A stretch of 64,000 nucleotides of DNA from Eledone cirrhosa. Its lineage: Eukaryota. Below are positions 53,481 through 64,000 of the stretch, piece by piece. Both the position numbers and the translations under genes were made by a program. Each line of letters starts with the position of its first letter. Within the stretch, counting starts at the first letter, position 1. The notes under the pieces were generated by a model, which was not told the origin of the DNA, ran no database searches, and saw only the letters and a program-made list of their open reading frames with translations. The stretch spans positions 182,962,001-183,026,000 of the forward strand of contig OZ024741.1 in assembly GCA_964016885.1 (NCBI GenBank). Direction: 5' to 3'.

Positions 53481-55251
53481 TTTATATATATAAAAGCGAG
53501 GATGTGTGTGTGTCTGTGTACAACTTTGGATACCTAAGGCTTTTACAATTACCAACCGAATTTGACCAAATTTTCTGTGCACGTTGCACAGGTCGCGAAG
53601 ATGGTCACATCACAAACAATTTTCAAATCGATCAACGTTGAGCAATAAAAAATCGATACCAAAATTATCGGTAGCAAAATTGATGTAAGGGAGATAACCA
53701 ACTTTATTGACAATCCTTATAAAGAGAGTGAGATATGGAGACCTTCGTTTTCAATTTTAAAACAACAATCATCGTCGAACGAAATTTCAGAAATATAAAC
53801 CCCAGATTCATTTGAAGATAAATCACTAATATTATCGTGTGTTTTTTGTTTATTCTTTGTTGCACTTTCAAAGTTAAAAAAACACTTGTTGTTTCACGAT
53901 ATTAAGTGTTAATTTTCGCGGTAAAAAAATTTGTTGCACTTTCAAAGTTAAAAGAACACTTGTTGTTTTAACTTGTTTCACTATATTAAATGTTAATTTT
54001 CGCGGTAAGAGCCTAATCTCGCAGCAGTCTCGAATTGACGAGATTTTGATGATGGTTTGTTTATTTTTAGAACAATCCTTATGGGACTTTCCATTCAAAC
54101 CATTGGGACCTACAACTTTTACATTTTTAAAGTAATTTCGTCCACATTTGAGGCAGGCATTATCTATGCTTCCAGCTGTATACGTACACATCAAACTTTT
54201 TGACAATGAAGGAACATACTGAACAGGATGTAGTTATTCAAAGGATTTTTTAAGTTTTGCCAGTATATTTTTAATTTTACTGTAACGCTTCAATTCATAC
54301 ATTTTGACTTTACAACTTTTCACCAAAAATATGAAAGACGCCGTGCGCGTAATGCTTCAGCTAATGCTGCAGCAAGAGCAATTGAGACTGAGCAAGAACG
54401 TCAAAGTCGGCAATTGAGACTGTAACAAGTCGAGCTATGCTATTCGGCTGGAGGGTAACGCTCAACGTAGAGCTTTATCGAGGGGTATTTCAAAGGTATC
54501 ACGCTCACGATGGTACCTTAAGGCAGTTAATTATGACCCTAATGTAAACTATCAAATCCATCCTGATATTCAAATATATGCCATGTCAAATACTTGCCAA
54601 CATTGTAAAGCTAAAAAGTGTGTGTGTGTGGGGGGGGGGGGGGAGAATCAGCTGGAATGTGCTGCTCCAACGGTAAGGTTATTTTACCCACCCTTAGAGA
54701 ACCACCGCAACCTCTCCAGATGTTTCTAACAGGTAAACATTCACAATCACGTGATTTTCTGAAGCATATCCGACAGAACAACATTGCGTTTCAAATGACC
54801 TCTTTCGGTGCAAAACGTCTGAAGGAAGATGGATTCATGCCGACTTTCAAAGTACAGGGCCAGGTGTATCATCTTATTGGATCACTGCAACCGTTGCCTA
54901 CTGAAGAGCCACAATTTTTAGAGGTTTACTTTATTGTTATCTGTCATCAGCAAGCAGATCTAAGGCAATCGTACTCTTCAGACACTAAACTGGAACTCTT
55001 GATTGACCTCCAAGACATGCTTCACTCTAACAATAGCTACATTCAAAGCTTCAAGTGTGCTTTAGAAGAAGCACCTTCGTCAAATTACGATATCGTCATT
55101 TGCGCTGATGAGAGACCATCTGGGGAGCATGCGGGCCGGTATAATGCACCTACTTGTAATGAGGTAGGACAAATAATGTTCTTCTTTTACTTCCTAGCTG
55201 TATATTCTTAGCATAATTTCAAACCCCGAGCAACGCCGGGTAAATCTGCTA

Positions 55252-55252
<1 letters not shown>
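53481..55252 (+). mobile_element. non-autonomous Helitron (family B)
   Basis: 5' TTTATATATATAAAAGCG (decayed TCTATATATATAAAA); coding remnant NYDP...TCQHCKAKK...ESAGMCCSNGKV...FQMTSFGA...PTFKVQGQVYHLIGSL...GEHAGRYNAPTCNEV; 3' hairpin CCCGAGCAACGCCGGG, then CTAG|T. Confidence 0.9.
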
Positions 55253-55284
<32 letters not shown>

Positions 55285-55288
<4 letters not shown>

Positions 55289-56270
55289 ACTAACACCCCT
55301 ATTAATACACACACACACCCCTCCTCACTCCAACTTTCACACCTACCCATCCTCGCCCCTTTACCATTCCACCGACTGCTGCTATGCCCTCTGACCACCT
55401 CCCAGCACAAACAGACCATAGCACTCCCACTGCTGACCACTTCCTGTTGCGCGCGCACCCCACATCTCTCCTCTTCCGACCATCGCTTCATGGAATACCC
55501 ACACGCAGAAATTGACCAACAACCAATCCACTAAACATCTTCGGAATTTACCAACTTTTCAACCATCCTCTTACGTAATCACCTATATAACTCACCCACA
55601 CACACACCCCAAACATTTTTTTTTCTCCACACGCCACCTACACCCACAACACGCTTAAACCCCACACACACGTGCTTTCCACCACATATTTACACCCTCA
55701 TCCTCCTGATTCCTCTCCCCCCACCCCTCTATCCACACACGCACAGACACTCCGACCCACAAATCCCCCCCACACACACTTCTTCCTGAACATGCAACCC
55801 CGTTCTTCCCCCAACCCTTACTTTCACATACACACACACACACACACACGCACACCTACACCACCTTCAGCCCTCCCCGCTCGGACACCCCGTCTCCCTC
55901 TCCGCACTCCACCCGCCACCACCCCTACACACCCCACACCCTTCCACCACCTGTTTACCCCCCTTTTAATTTCAGTTTATTTTGATCATGCCTTTATTTT
56001 TAAATTTATCTCATTCCTTGTATTTTGATCATGCTTTATTTTTATTTTTATCTTTATTTTTTATTTTTTCATTCGCACCGTTTCCTTTCGCTATATGTCT
56101 CTCCACCACTCCCCTACACACCCTTTGAACTCTGTTCCCACACACTTCTCACCTGAGGAAGGGCTTATGCCCAAAACGTCGTCCCCCACCAACACCCCAC
56201 TCTCCAGAGCGTGAAATTAATAAACATTCGTTGTACTGCCTCTCTGTTTTGTCCCTGTTCACATTTTTCC

Positions 56271-56272
<2 letters not shown>
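55285..56272 (+). mobile_element. Penelope-like element 3' fragment (GIY-YIG C-terminus plus pLTR)
   Basis: Degraded SDHL....HSTPTADHFL..H and EIDQQPIH; hammerhead-like CTGAGGA-A-GGGC-TTAT-GCCC-AAAAC-GTC at 56153-56180; AATAAA; (TA)n at both ends. Confidence 0.6.
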
Positions 56273-56336
<64 letters not shown>

Positions 56337-56691
56337 GAATAAAAGAGACGGTTTTATTCGTACATCTTTTTATTACATAATTCTATGGACCTTGATTCAG
56401 AGCATCAATAGTTCAATTTAAAAGATATATGTAGAGAGAACCATATATGGCTTGAGAAACATAGTATTTTGTACACATATATAAAGCAAAAATGTTCAAG
56501 AAAATATACATATTTTAAGGTGGAAGACGCCATTTTCCCCTTACAGCGCCGTTTCATAACCCAAAAAATCAGAGCAATCAATCGATCTAAGTAATCAACT
56601 ATCAATTACCAACTATTGATTCCGGTAAAGCAACGGAAGACCAGGAACTGACAGAGGAATTGCCTTTATATATTTACACACACGCGCGCGC

Positions 56692-56730
<39 letters not shown>

Positions 56731-56934
56731 AGGAAACAGGAAACGAACAAACAAGAGTATCCATTAACATAAAGTCGTATTAGTTCCACGCTTAAAAGAA
56801 AGAGAGTGGGTCAGCGTATCGGACATTTGCCTTTCATCAGGAAAAGCGCAAAGAAAATAAAAAGTAAAAACGTTATATATATATATTATTCAAAATATTA
56901 ACAAATGAAGATATTCACATAATCAAAATATATG

Positions 56935-56995
56935 CTTTATTATATCTATTTCAAGGTACTGTGTTGTTTTTTCAGTACGTCCTCGTCAGATAAAA
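56935..56995 (-). ncRNA. putative type I hammerhead ribozyme
   Basis: Minus strand: TTTTAT-CTGACGA-GGAC-GTACTG-loop-CAGTAC-CTT-GAAA-T-AGAT-A-TA-ATAAAG. Stem I 6 bp, stem II core 6 bp, AUA site. Confidence 0.72.
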
Positions 56996-57449
56996 TATAT
57001 GATTTGATATATGACATACCTCTACGGTCTTGATAGTTCAATTCCTGTATTGGCAGTGATTTATTTCATCAAATCTCAACATTTATATACCACAAATAAT
57101 AATATGATAAACTTAAAGAAGAAAAGGACGTGTAGCGAATTAGAGATATAAGAGAGGGTGTAAAGAGAAGGAAGACAAGAAAAAATATATAAATACATAC
57201 ATAAATATTTAAATGAATAAAAATAAATAAATGGATGGATGAATAGAGGAAGAAATATATAAAAAAAGAAGGAAGGAGAAATAACGACAAAAGAGAGGAA
57301 ACATAAAATATAGGGGGATAGATAGAAAAAACCGTTGTTTTCAAATATTAGGTCAATTGAGGCAACCAATCAATTACCATAAACCATTGAATATCTCTTG
57401 TATTTGATTATGGTTAAGCTAATTATACTTATATATTATATCAAAATTA

Positions 57450-58365
57450 ATCAATATACATTACTTTTTATAGCCGTCACATAATTAGTTTAATTAAAAA
57501 TTTATATAATTTAATTTAACTCATTATAGATTATAATTTTTGGTTTAGGTAATATATTCCTTAAGTATTTTGTTACAGCTTTAAAAAATTTTATTTTTAA
57601 AGCAAATTAAAATAATTATTAAACATGCATTAAAATATATATTAAAATACATGCATATATCACCATCAATATATATAATATATTAAGATCATTTTTTATC
57701 CCAATTATTTAATTTAAATAGGATATTCTCTTTATAAAATCATTTCTATTCTTTAATTATCATATAATTACAGGATTAAATTGCAATTATATTTACTCTC
57801 AAAAGTTTTATTTCATTAATTTATATTTACTTCTGTAATTACATATTATAGTTTCCTTTTAAATATATTCTTATATTATTAAACTACATAATTCATGTCA
57901 AATATAATTTAGCAAGCTATTCAAGCAGAATAAAAATATTTACGAAGAATGTAAACAAAAGGAAGATAACTCATTCACCATATGTGAACATTTAAACCAT
58001 GTATCTACTCTGAAATCTATTGATATTTCTAAACCATAAATCAACAATTGTCTAGTTAAATATTGAACTGTCCTAATCAAAACATAGGATACAGAGACTC
58101 TGAATGAAATTATTTATATAGATAAAACATCAATAAATTATTAGCCCAGTAAGGCAAACATTATATATATTTTTTAAATTATTAATTGTCAATATTTTTT
58201 CGAAATTTGTACAATGCCTGGCATGTTTTACCGAATTTATGTTGGCAGTTGCTGAATTATTCATTTTTCTTGTTAATTAAATTGTCATAATTTGTAATTA
58301 GGGTGCTTTTAAACTATTGTAAAACTGTATTCATTAAGTAATCAATGAACCATATTAATCTTTGG
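57450..58365 (-). mobile_element. possible degraded AT-rich Penelope-like RT/linker
   Basis: Weak ordered echoes LWFRNIN (W.RY.DD), LPFVYIL (LPFLD), REYP (NGYP) and FKAVTKYLRNILPKPK; lies upstream of the 56935 hammerhead on the same strand. Confidence 0.35.
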
Positions 58366-58429
58366 TCATATATATATATATATAAATGAGAGATGCTTAT
58401 TGATTGGTTGGTTAAATCACACGGAAATT

Positions 58430-59023
58430 ACACACACACATCTAAAGAGAGAGAGAGAGAGAGACAGGGGGAAAGGCAGAAAGAGAGAGATAGGCCGTTA
58501 TACAGAGAGAAATATAACTAAAGTGTTAAATATTCAGAGAGAGAGAGAATAATGCCCTACGAAAGTCTAGAAACGGCTTAAACTATAGATCCTTTGATCT
58601 ATAGGAAGGTTTAACAATATTGCGTTAGCTTTTATAAAATCGGTTTACAGTCTTTGATTTTACAGAACAGAAAAATTGATACTATTTGAAATTAATCTAC
58701 CCTCCACCTTTTATCCATATACTACTTACAGACCGTACTAACGAAGCCAAAGAATTCAAAAGCAATGTTATGCGGTATATTGCTACGTTTCAGATGACGT
58801 CCTTTGGAGCTGAAAAAGATCATACTGACTATGATTATTTCACATTTAAAATCGAAGGCCAATGTTGCCATTTAATCAGCAGTTTATTCCCCCAACCTAA
58901 CAAGGAAGTTTTATTATTGTATTTTTTTATGTCTCTCTCTCTAACACATCCAATACAGTCGTTTTCTCTTTTATCTGTCTTCTCTTAACTATTCTCCGGG
59001 GCGAAGCCGGGTACCTCAGCTAG
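58430..59023 (+). mobile_element. non-autonomous Helitron family A, copy 2
   Basis: Clear nucleotide homology to 4396-5304; FQMTSFGAEKDHTDY.YFTFKIEGQ; hairpin CCGGGGCGAAGCCGGG and CTAG|T. 5' end not located. Confidence 0.88.
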
Positions 59024-59027
59024 TATG

Positions 59028-59116
<89 letters not shown>

Positions 59117-59124
59117 TATATATA

Positions 59125-59313
59125 TGAAAAGAGTCAGGACCCCGACGACTGAGCTCCGGCCGTTTTCGACTGCTAGATCCGAACCGGATCTAGCTGTTGA
59201 AACGACCGTCGGGGGTCCTCACTCTTTTCCTATTACCCACTATACTACCCTAAGTATTGAGTACTCTGGTACGTTATGGTCCACCTGGTGTCTTGCCATA
59301 CCCTCTTTGTTAT
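59125..59313. repeat. second copy of the 24604 hairpin element
   Basis: GAAAAGAG..AGGACCCCGACG...CGTCGGGGGTCCTCACTCTTTTC arms with a central GCTAGATCCG-AAC-CGGATCTAGC; the tail is homologous to the reverse complement of 24604-24690. Confidence 0.85.
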
Positions 59314-59336
59314 CTAAACTATAATAAATATATATA

Positions 59337-59758
59337 TGAAGCGAAGCTGGTTTAGTAGTTATCGTTAGAAGAAATAACACGAATAGCTGGTTAGCTTTTG
59401 ATATAAAAGATTTACTCCACTTCACTTCATAAATGAACAAAGAATAGGTTACTAAGAGTTGCTTCATGATGCTGGTGTAGTCTGTGGCCAGAGAAGGTAA
59501 GAAATCCGTAAAGCAGGAGAGAGAGAGTAAAGGTTTGTAGGAGTCTGTAGACCCCAAGGGTCTGTAATGAGAGGTGAATGTCTTGCATAGCTATTCTCTC
59601 GTGTACTGCTCCGATCTCCCTTGCTTGGTCTGTCGTTTTCTGTTTCCCGCATCGAGGGATCGCCCACGCATCAACTTGTTTACGCCGAAAAGGAGGTGAC
59701 CCGGAATTTGACCTTTCTGTGTCACCCAGGGTTCAAGGTGTGGACAGATTTCGCTACA
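59337..59758 (-). mobile_element. solo LTR, same family as 48509
   Basis: Minus strand TGTAGCGAAATCTGTCC...CGCTTCA; shares CCTTGAA..TGGGTGA, GTTGATGCGT and CAGACCC.TGGGGTCTACAGA with the 48509 copy. Confidence 0.72.
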
Positions 59759-59820
59759 CACACGCACACACACACACACATATATATAAACGAAATGTTT
59801 GCTCTACATGGCTGAATACA

Positions 59821-60270
59821 ATAAATGTAATTTGAGTTTTTCGAATATTAATAATAACATTCGATTTGTTTGCAACAAACCCCACTTTTTATAGCCATGT
59901 TAGTAGAATGAACCCTTCATCTTGCTCTTTTGTTGGCATGTAAACAGAACTGCAGACACTAATGTTTCTGGGTATCACCCTTCATCAACCAGTCTGCTAA
60001 TATGCAAATCAGGCCGATCAATCACTGAATATTTTAGAAAATAGCATATATTTTCACTAGCTCTGACAGTTGGCAGGTGAACAGTGAGCTGTACTGATGA
60101 AGGGTGATACACAGAAACATTAGTGTCTGCAGTTCTATTTACATGCCAACAAAAGAACAAGAATGAAGGGACCATTCTACTGACATGGCTATAAAAATGA
60201 GGCTTGTTTGTATAATTGCAAACGAATCGAATGTTATCATTAATATTCGAAAAACCCAGATTACATTTAT
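59821..60270. repeat. long inverted repeat (about 170-bp arms) of a hammerhead-bearing unit
   Basis: 59821-59987 is the reverse complement of 60095-60270 with scattered mismatches; spacer about 107 bp. Confidence 0.92.
60086..60135 (+). ncRNA. putative type I hammerhead ribozyme (best formed in the window)
   Basis: GAGCTGTA-CTGATGA-AGGGTGATACACA-GAAA-CATTAGTG-TC-TGCAGTTC: 8-bp stem I, complete core, GUC site, near-palindromic stem III. The inverted copy has a perfect stem II GGGT-GAT-ACCC. Confidence 0.85.
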
Positions 60271-60421
60271 ATGTATATATATCTATATCTATATCCAAAA
60301 TTAAGATAAATCAAAATGAATTTAATCTAAATAAAAATTATGGGTGTTATGCCAGAAAGGCATGCGCCATATCACCCGTAAAATAAGCTCCAAGATTCTA
60401 ATGAATAGGTCCGAGCATTTT

Positions 60422-61026
60422 ATAACAACTAGAAATTGATTAACATATAAATAAACATATGAAACAATCACAGGGATAATTTTTACAAGTGTGTAAGCAC
60501 CCATAGCTAGGTAGGTAACTAAATAAAGTTAACTAGAACTTCAAAAATAGATACCTTATAATATGATTAATCTTTCCTGTATATATTCGATTAAAGAAAT
60601 ATATTTCACCAATTAATCGAATGGTAAACCACAGAGGCCGATACTTGGATTTTCAACAAGGAAGAAGTCCAGCGATCTGTATTTACGCATTAAGTTCAAA
60701 TCAGCGACTGGCCAGTAACACGTGTTGTATCTACTAAAAATACACACATCATACCAGCTTCGTCCCAGTGGCGTGAATAGGGTTATCGACAACTAGAAAC
60801 AGCAGTCAAGTCCTTTCAACAGAGTTAGCTCTACAATTAAGGAGCCGTATTTATATATCTATATCCAAAATTAATATTAATCATATTATAAGGTATCTAT
60901 TTTTGAAGTTCTAGTTAACTTTATTTAGTTACCTACCTAGCTATGTGTGCTTACACACTTGTAAAAATTATCCCCTGTGATTGTTTCATATGTTTATTTA
61001 TATGTTAATCAATTTCTAGTTGTTAT
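60422..61026. repeat. long near-perfect inverted repeat (about 150-bp arms)
   Basis: 60422-60571 versus 60876-61026. Confidence 0.92.
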
Positions 61027-61292
61027 GTATATATATATATATATTGGGAGTTACCAGTTTAGACTAATAACACTATTGTTCAGCTAAGTACTCGATATTT
61101 GAGAGAGTAGAGTGTAGATATTTTCATGAGTTACTGCTTGACGTCTGAGCTCTTACCGTTTCGTCGAAACGGTAGGAGGACAGCCTGTGGGCAGTAACTC
61201 ATGACAATGTAAATATATATGTATTTAAAAAAGACTTTCATTTCTATTTACTTCCGTTTGTTATTGCTTTTATCAGTTATTCCTTTTATCAA

Positions 61293-61478
61293 GGGCGGTG
61301 GATTGGCAGTATCGGTAGAGAGTCGGACACCATGCTTTCCAGCATAGTTACGTCCCTTTACGATCTGAGTTCAAATCCCGCCGAGGTTGACTTTGCCTTT
61401 CATCCTTACGGGGTCGATAAAATAAAGTACCAGTAATGCACTGGGTAATTGCTGGCCTTGTGCCTAAAGTAGAAACAG
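61293..61478 (+). mobile_element. SINE family A, full length
   Basis: Consensus match; GTTATTGCTTTTATCAGT on both sides, with an extra imperfect copy at the 5' junction. Confidence 0.94.
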
Positions 61479-62042
61479 TTATTGCTTTTATCAGTGCCGT
61501 TTTTAGGATAAATGAGGCCCAGAAGGAGGTAAACAACTATCCTGGTCAACGGCCCTTTGCTTAAGCACACCTAAGCACAATGGTAAATCCGGCACTGGCT
61601 TTCATTTATTGAATATTTTCGATCTGTATCTGAAGTAAACTAAACTTGGAAATGTTTCATCGTGCCTTCCAATTTTATGTTAATAATGTCAGGATAATGT
61701 CATAGATTTTATACTGGAATGTAATATAATTTCTACAATTGGGGTGGGGGAAGAATGAAAGAAATATAAGCGTAATCTACACCTTCAAAAATGTATCACT
61801 GCAAAATGTGGCAGAAAAATATATCATAAGAAAATTATCAAATTATTGGTCTTCTGCCAAATGTAGAAACAATTATACAGCTGTGTGTGTGTATGAGTTA
61901 TTTTTCGAAATTAAACAGGAGGAACAATGATCAATTAAATTCACAGATTGTATAAATAATTGTTTCTACTTTTGGCACAAGGCCATCAATTACCTCGTAC
62001 ATTACTGGTACTTTATTTTATCGACCCCGTAATAAATAATAT

Positions 62043-62458
62043 GAATAGGCTATTTTGCCGGTCCTGCTAAAATAGACAAATATGCTTTTTAAGCTTATTT
62101 TACCGGTCCCAGTAAATATAAATAGAGTTGTGTTTGGATTAGGGTTAGGGTTTAAATTGTCTTAATAATTGGTGTTGAAAATAAATAAACTTCTGTGTTA
62201 AATCTGTGTTGTTATTTTTAACATTGAATGCCTTCATACTAATGGTTTATGATTTAGGCAAAAGGCCAGCATTTTTGGGAGAGGGGGGAAAGTCAATTAA
62301 TCGACACCAGTGCATTACTGGTACTTTATTTTATCGACCCCCGTAAGGATGAAAGGCAAAGCTAACTTCGGAGGGATCTGAACTCAGACCGTAAAGAGCC
62401 GTAACACTGTGCTGCAAAGCATGGTGTCTGACACTCTTACCGGCAAAATAGCCTCTTC
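62043..62458. mobile_element. TIR-bounded MITE containing TTAGGG repeats and a SINE family A copy (about 62250-62440, minus)
   Basis: GAATAGGCTATTTTGCCGGT / ACCGGCAAAATAGCCTCTTC (19/20 match); internal TTAGGGTTAGGGTTT. Confidence 0.65.
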
Positions 62459-63374
62459 CTAAATAATTGAAATGAAATCAGTGGAAAATAATATTCCGAA
62501 CGAAAAGACACGAACTTAGAAAATGACAAAAAGAAGGAAGTATGGCGAGTGGTGACAGCTTCGGTTGGTGTACGTTCTTTATTTGTTTATTCTGGTGTGT
62601 GTATGTTCTTTATTTGTTTATTCTTCGGCTTGTTTTCCATAGTGGACCAAGTAACCTTTAATCAGGATTTCACATCTTTTTTGCCCGGCGCCTTAGCGGT
62701 TGTTAAAACTTAGTGTGTTAAAGCTTGGACATAGCTTAAGTCCACTTAATAAAGAAAGCAAGGAAGAAACAGGGGGATAGAGAGTGTGTGTATGTGTGAG
62801 ACAGAGACAGTTAAAAAGACAGAAGGAAATAAGAGAGTAAAGATGAAGGAGTGGGGTGAACAGTAAATATAGTGAGAGGGGAAATATTTTTTAATGAGAA
62901 GGAGGTGGAAGAGGTCTAAAATAAATAAACCCTGGAGTGAATGAGTTAGAGGATAAAAACAATGGTGGAATAGGAGGAGGAAGAAAATAAATTTCACTGT
63001 CTTTTGTTATCTTTATTATCCCTTATTTAAATGTCTCCCTATTACCCTCTCTCTAAAAAAAGAGAGAGAGAGAGAGATAGAGAGAGGGTGGAGGTGATAG
63101 GGAGACATATATATATTAGGTGATTCAGTAGATTTGTGGTTTACTTAATAAGGTACTTAGTAAGCATGCTATGTTATAGCAGAGTGTACACATTAAAAAG
63201 AACAAAACAAGTTTTCGCATTGAGGCTTTTATTGATTAGGCCCAGTTACGACCGTTTCATAGATGGGTGGTTCAAGATCCATATTTGTGTTATCGACCCA
63301 ACTCCAGACCAATCTGCTCGTCAGACATGTTAATCAAGCAAAACCTGAATTTCATATATATATATATATATATA

Positions 63375-63790
63375 TTACCGTTTTACGTTCATTCTTCCAC
63401 GCTAGCATGGGTTAGACGGGTTGTCCTGTTGTGGGCAATGCCAGGTCAAGTGACTATATCTTGCTCATACAGAACTGACTTTGGCTTGATTTCTACAGCT
63501 GGATGCCCTTCCTAACACCATCCTCATTTACAGTGAGTACTGGGTTTTTTTTTCCGTGGCGCCTACACAATCACTTTACAGTGGGAGGGGTGAGTGGGGG
63601 CATACTGTCTATATGCTTCAGCTTCGGCTTGTACCCGTGGGAAGTTGGGTCTTCTGTATTACTGCGTAACGCCAGAGGTCTCTGTCCTGTGTCATCGCCT
63701 TTGAGAGGTGCAATTGGGAAAAGTCAGCTTTTATCACCTCATCCCTGGTCTTCTTGGGTCTCCCCACTCGAAGGCTTCCATCGACTTTTG
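63375..63790 (-). mobile_element. RTE LINE 3' end
   Basis: KVDGSLRVGRPKKTRDEVIKADFSQLHLSKAMTQDRDLWRYAVIQKT plus 3' UTR; a second tail with (GAT)n at 63805-64000 runs off the window. Confidence 0.85.
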
Positions 63791-64000
63791 ATGCTCTTAT
63801 ATATATATCATCATTATCATCATCATCATCGTCATCATCACCATTTAATGTCCATTCTTCCTCACTGGTATGAATTAGATGAATAATCCTGTTGTGTGCA
63901 ATGCCAGGTCAGGTGACCATGTCTTGCTCATACAGAACCGATTTCTGGCTTGGTTCCTACAGCTGGATGCCCTTCCTAGCGCCAACTACATTTACAGTGA

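Noticed and set aside
53874-54206. 110-aa minus-strand ORF
   Set aside because: Lies antisense within Helitron B and overlaps an internal about 70-bp tandem duplication; no recognisable domain.
62139-62153. Telomere
   Set aside because: Only about two TTAGGG units, inside a MITE.

Overview
AT-rich, microsatellite-dense eukaryotic DNA, intergenic or intronic. The tRNA-derived SINEs, RTE-type LINE tails and (TA)n/(CA)n/(GA)n density resemble octopus (coleoid cephalopod) repeats; this assignment is from memory, not a database search. No intact host protein-coding gene can be supported, and most listed ORFs are microsatellite artefacts. The window is a layered record of transposons: an internally deleted mariner with 103-bp inverted ends nested in a Helitron 5' end, three non-autonomous Helitrons plus a Pif1 remnant, a full-length frameshifted Buster/Charlie-type hAT element with intact TIRs and an 8-bp TSD, CR1-like and RTE LINE fragments, two related solo LTRs, Merlin and pogo remnants, several MITEs and many SINE copies. 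The strongest signal not covered by the ORF track is a set of hammerhead-ribozyme motifs (CUGANGA...GAAA...NUH with pairable stems): five are well formed and several are degenerate. They lie in short (TA)n-associated units, often folded into inverted repeats, consistent with Penelope-like pseudo-LTRs from several distinct families. Ribozyme activity and transcription cannot be shown from sequence alone.
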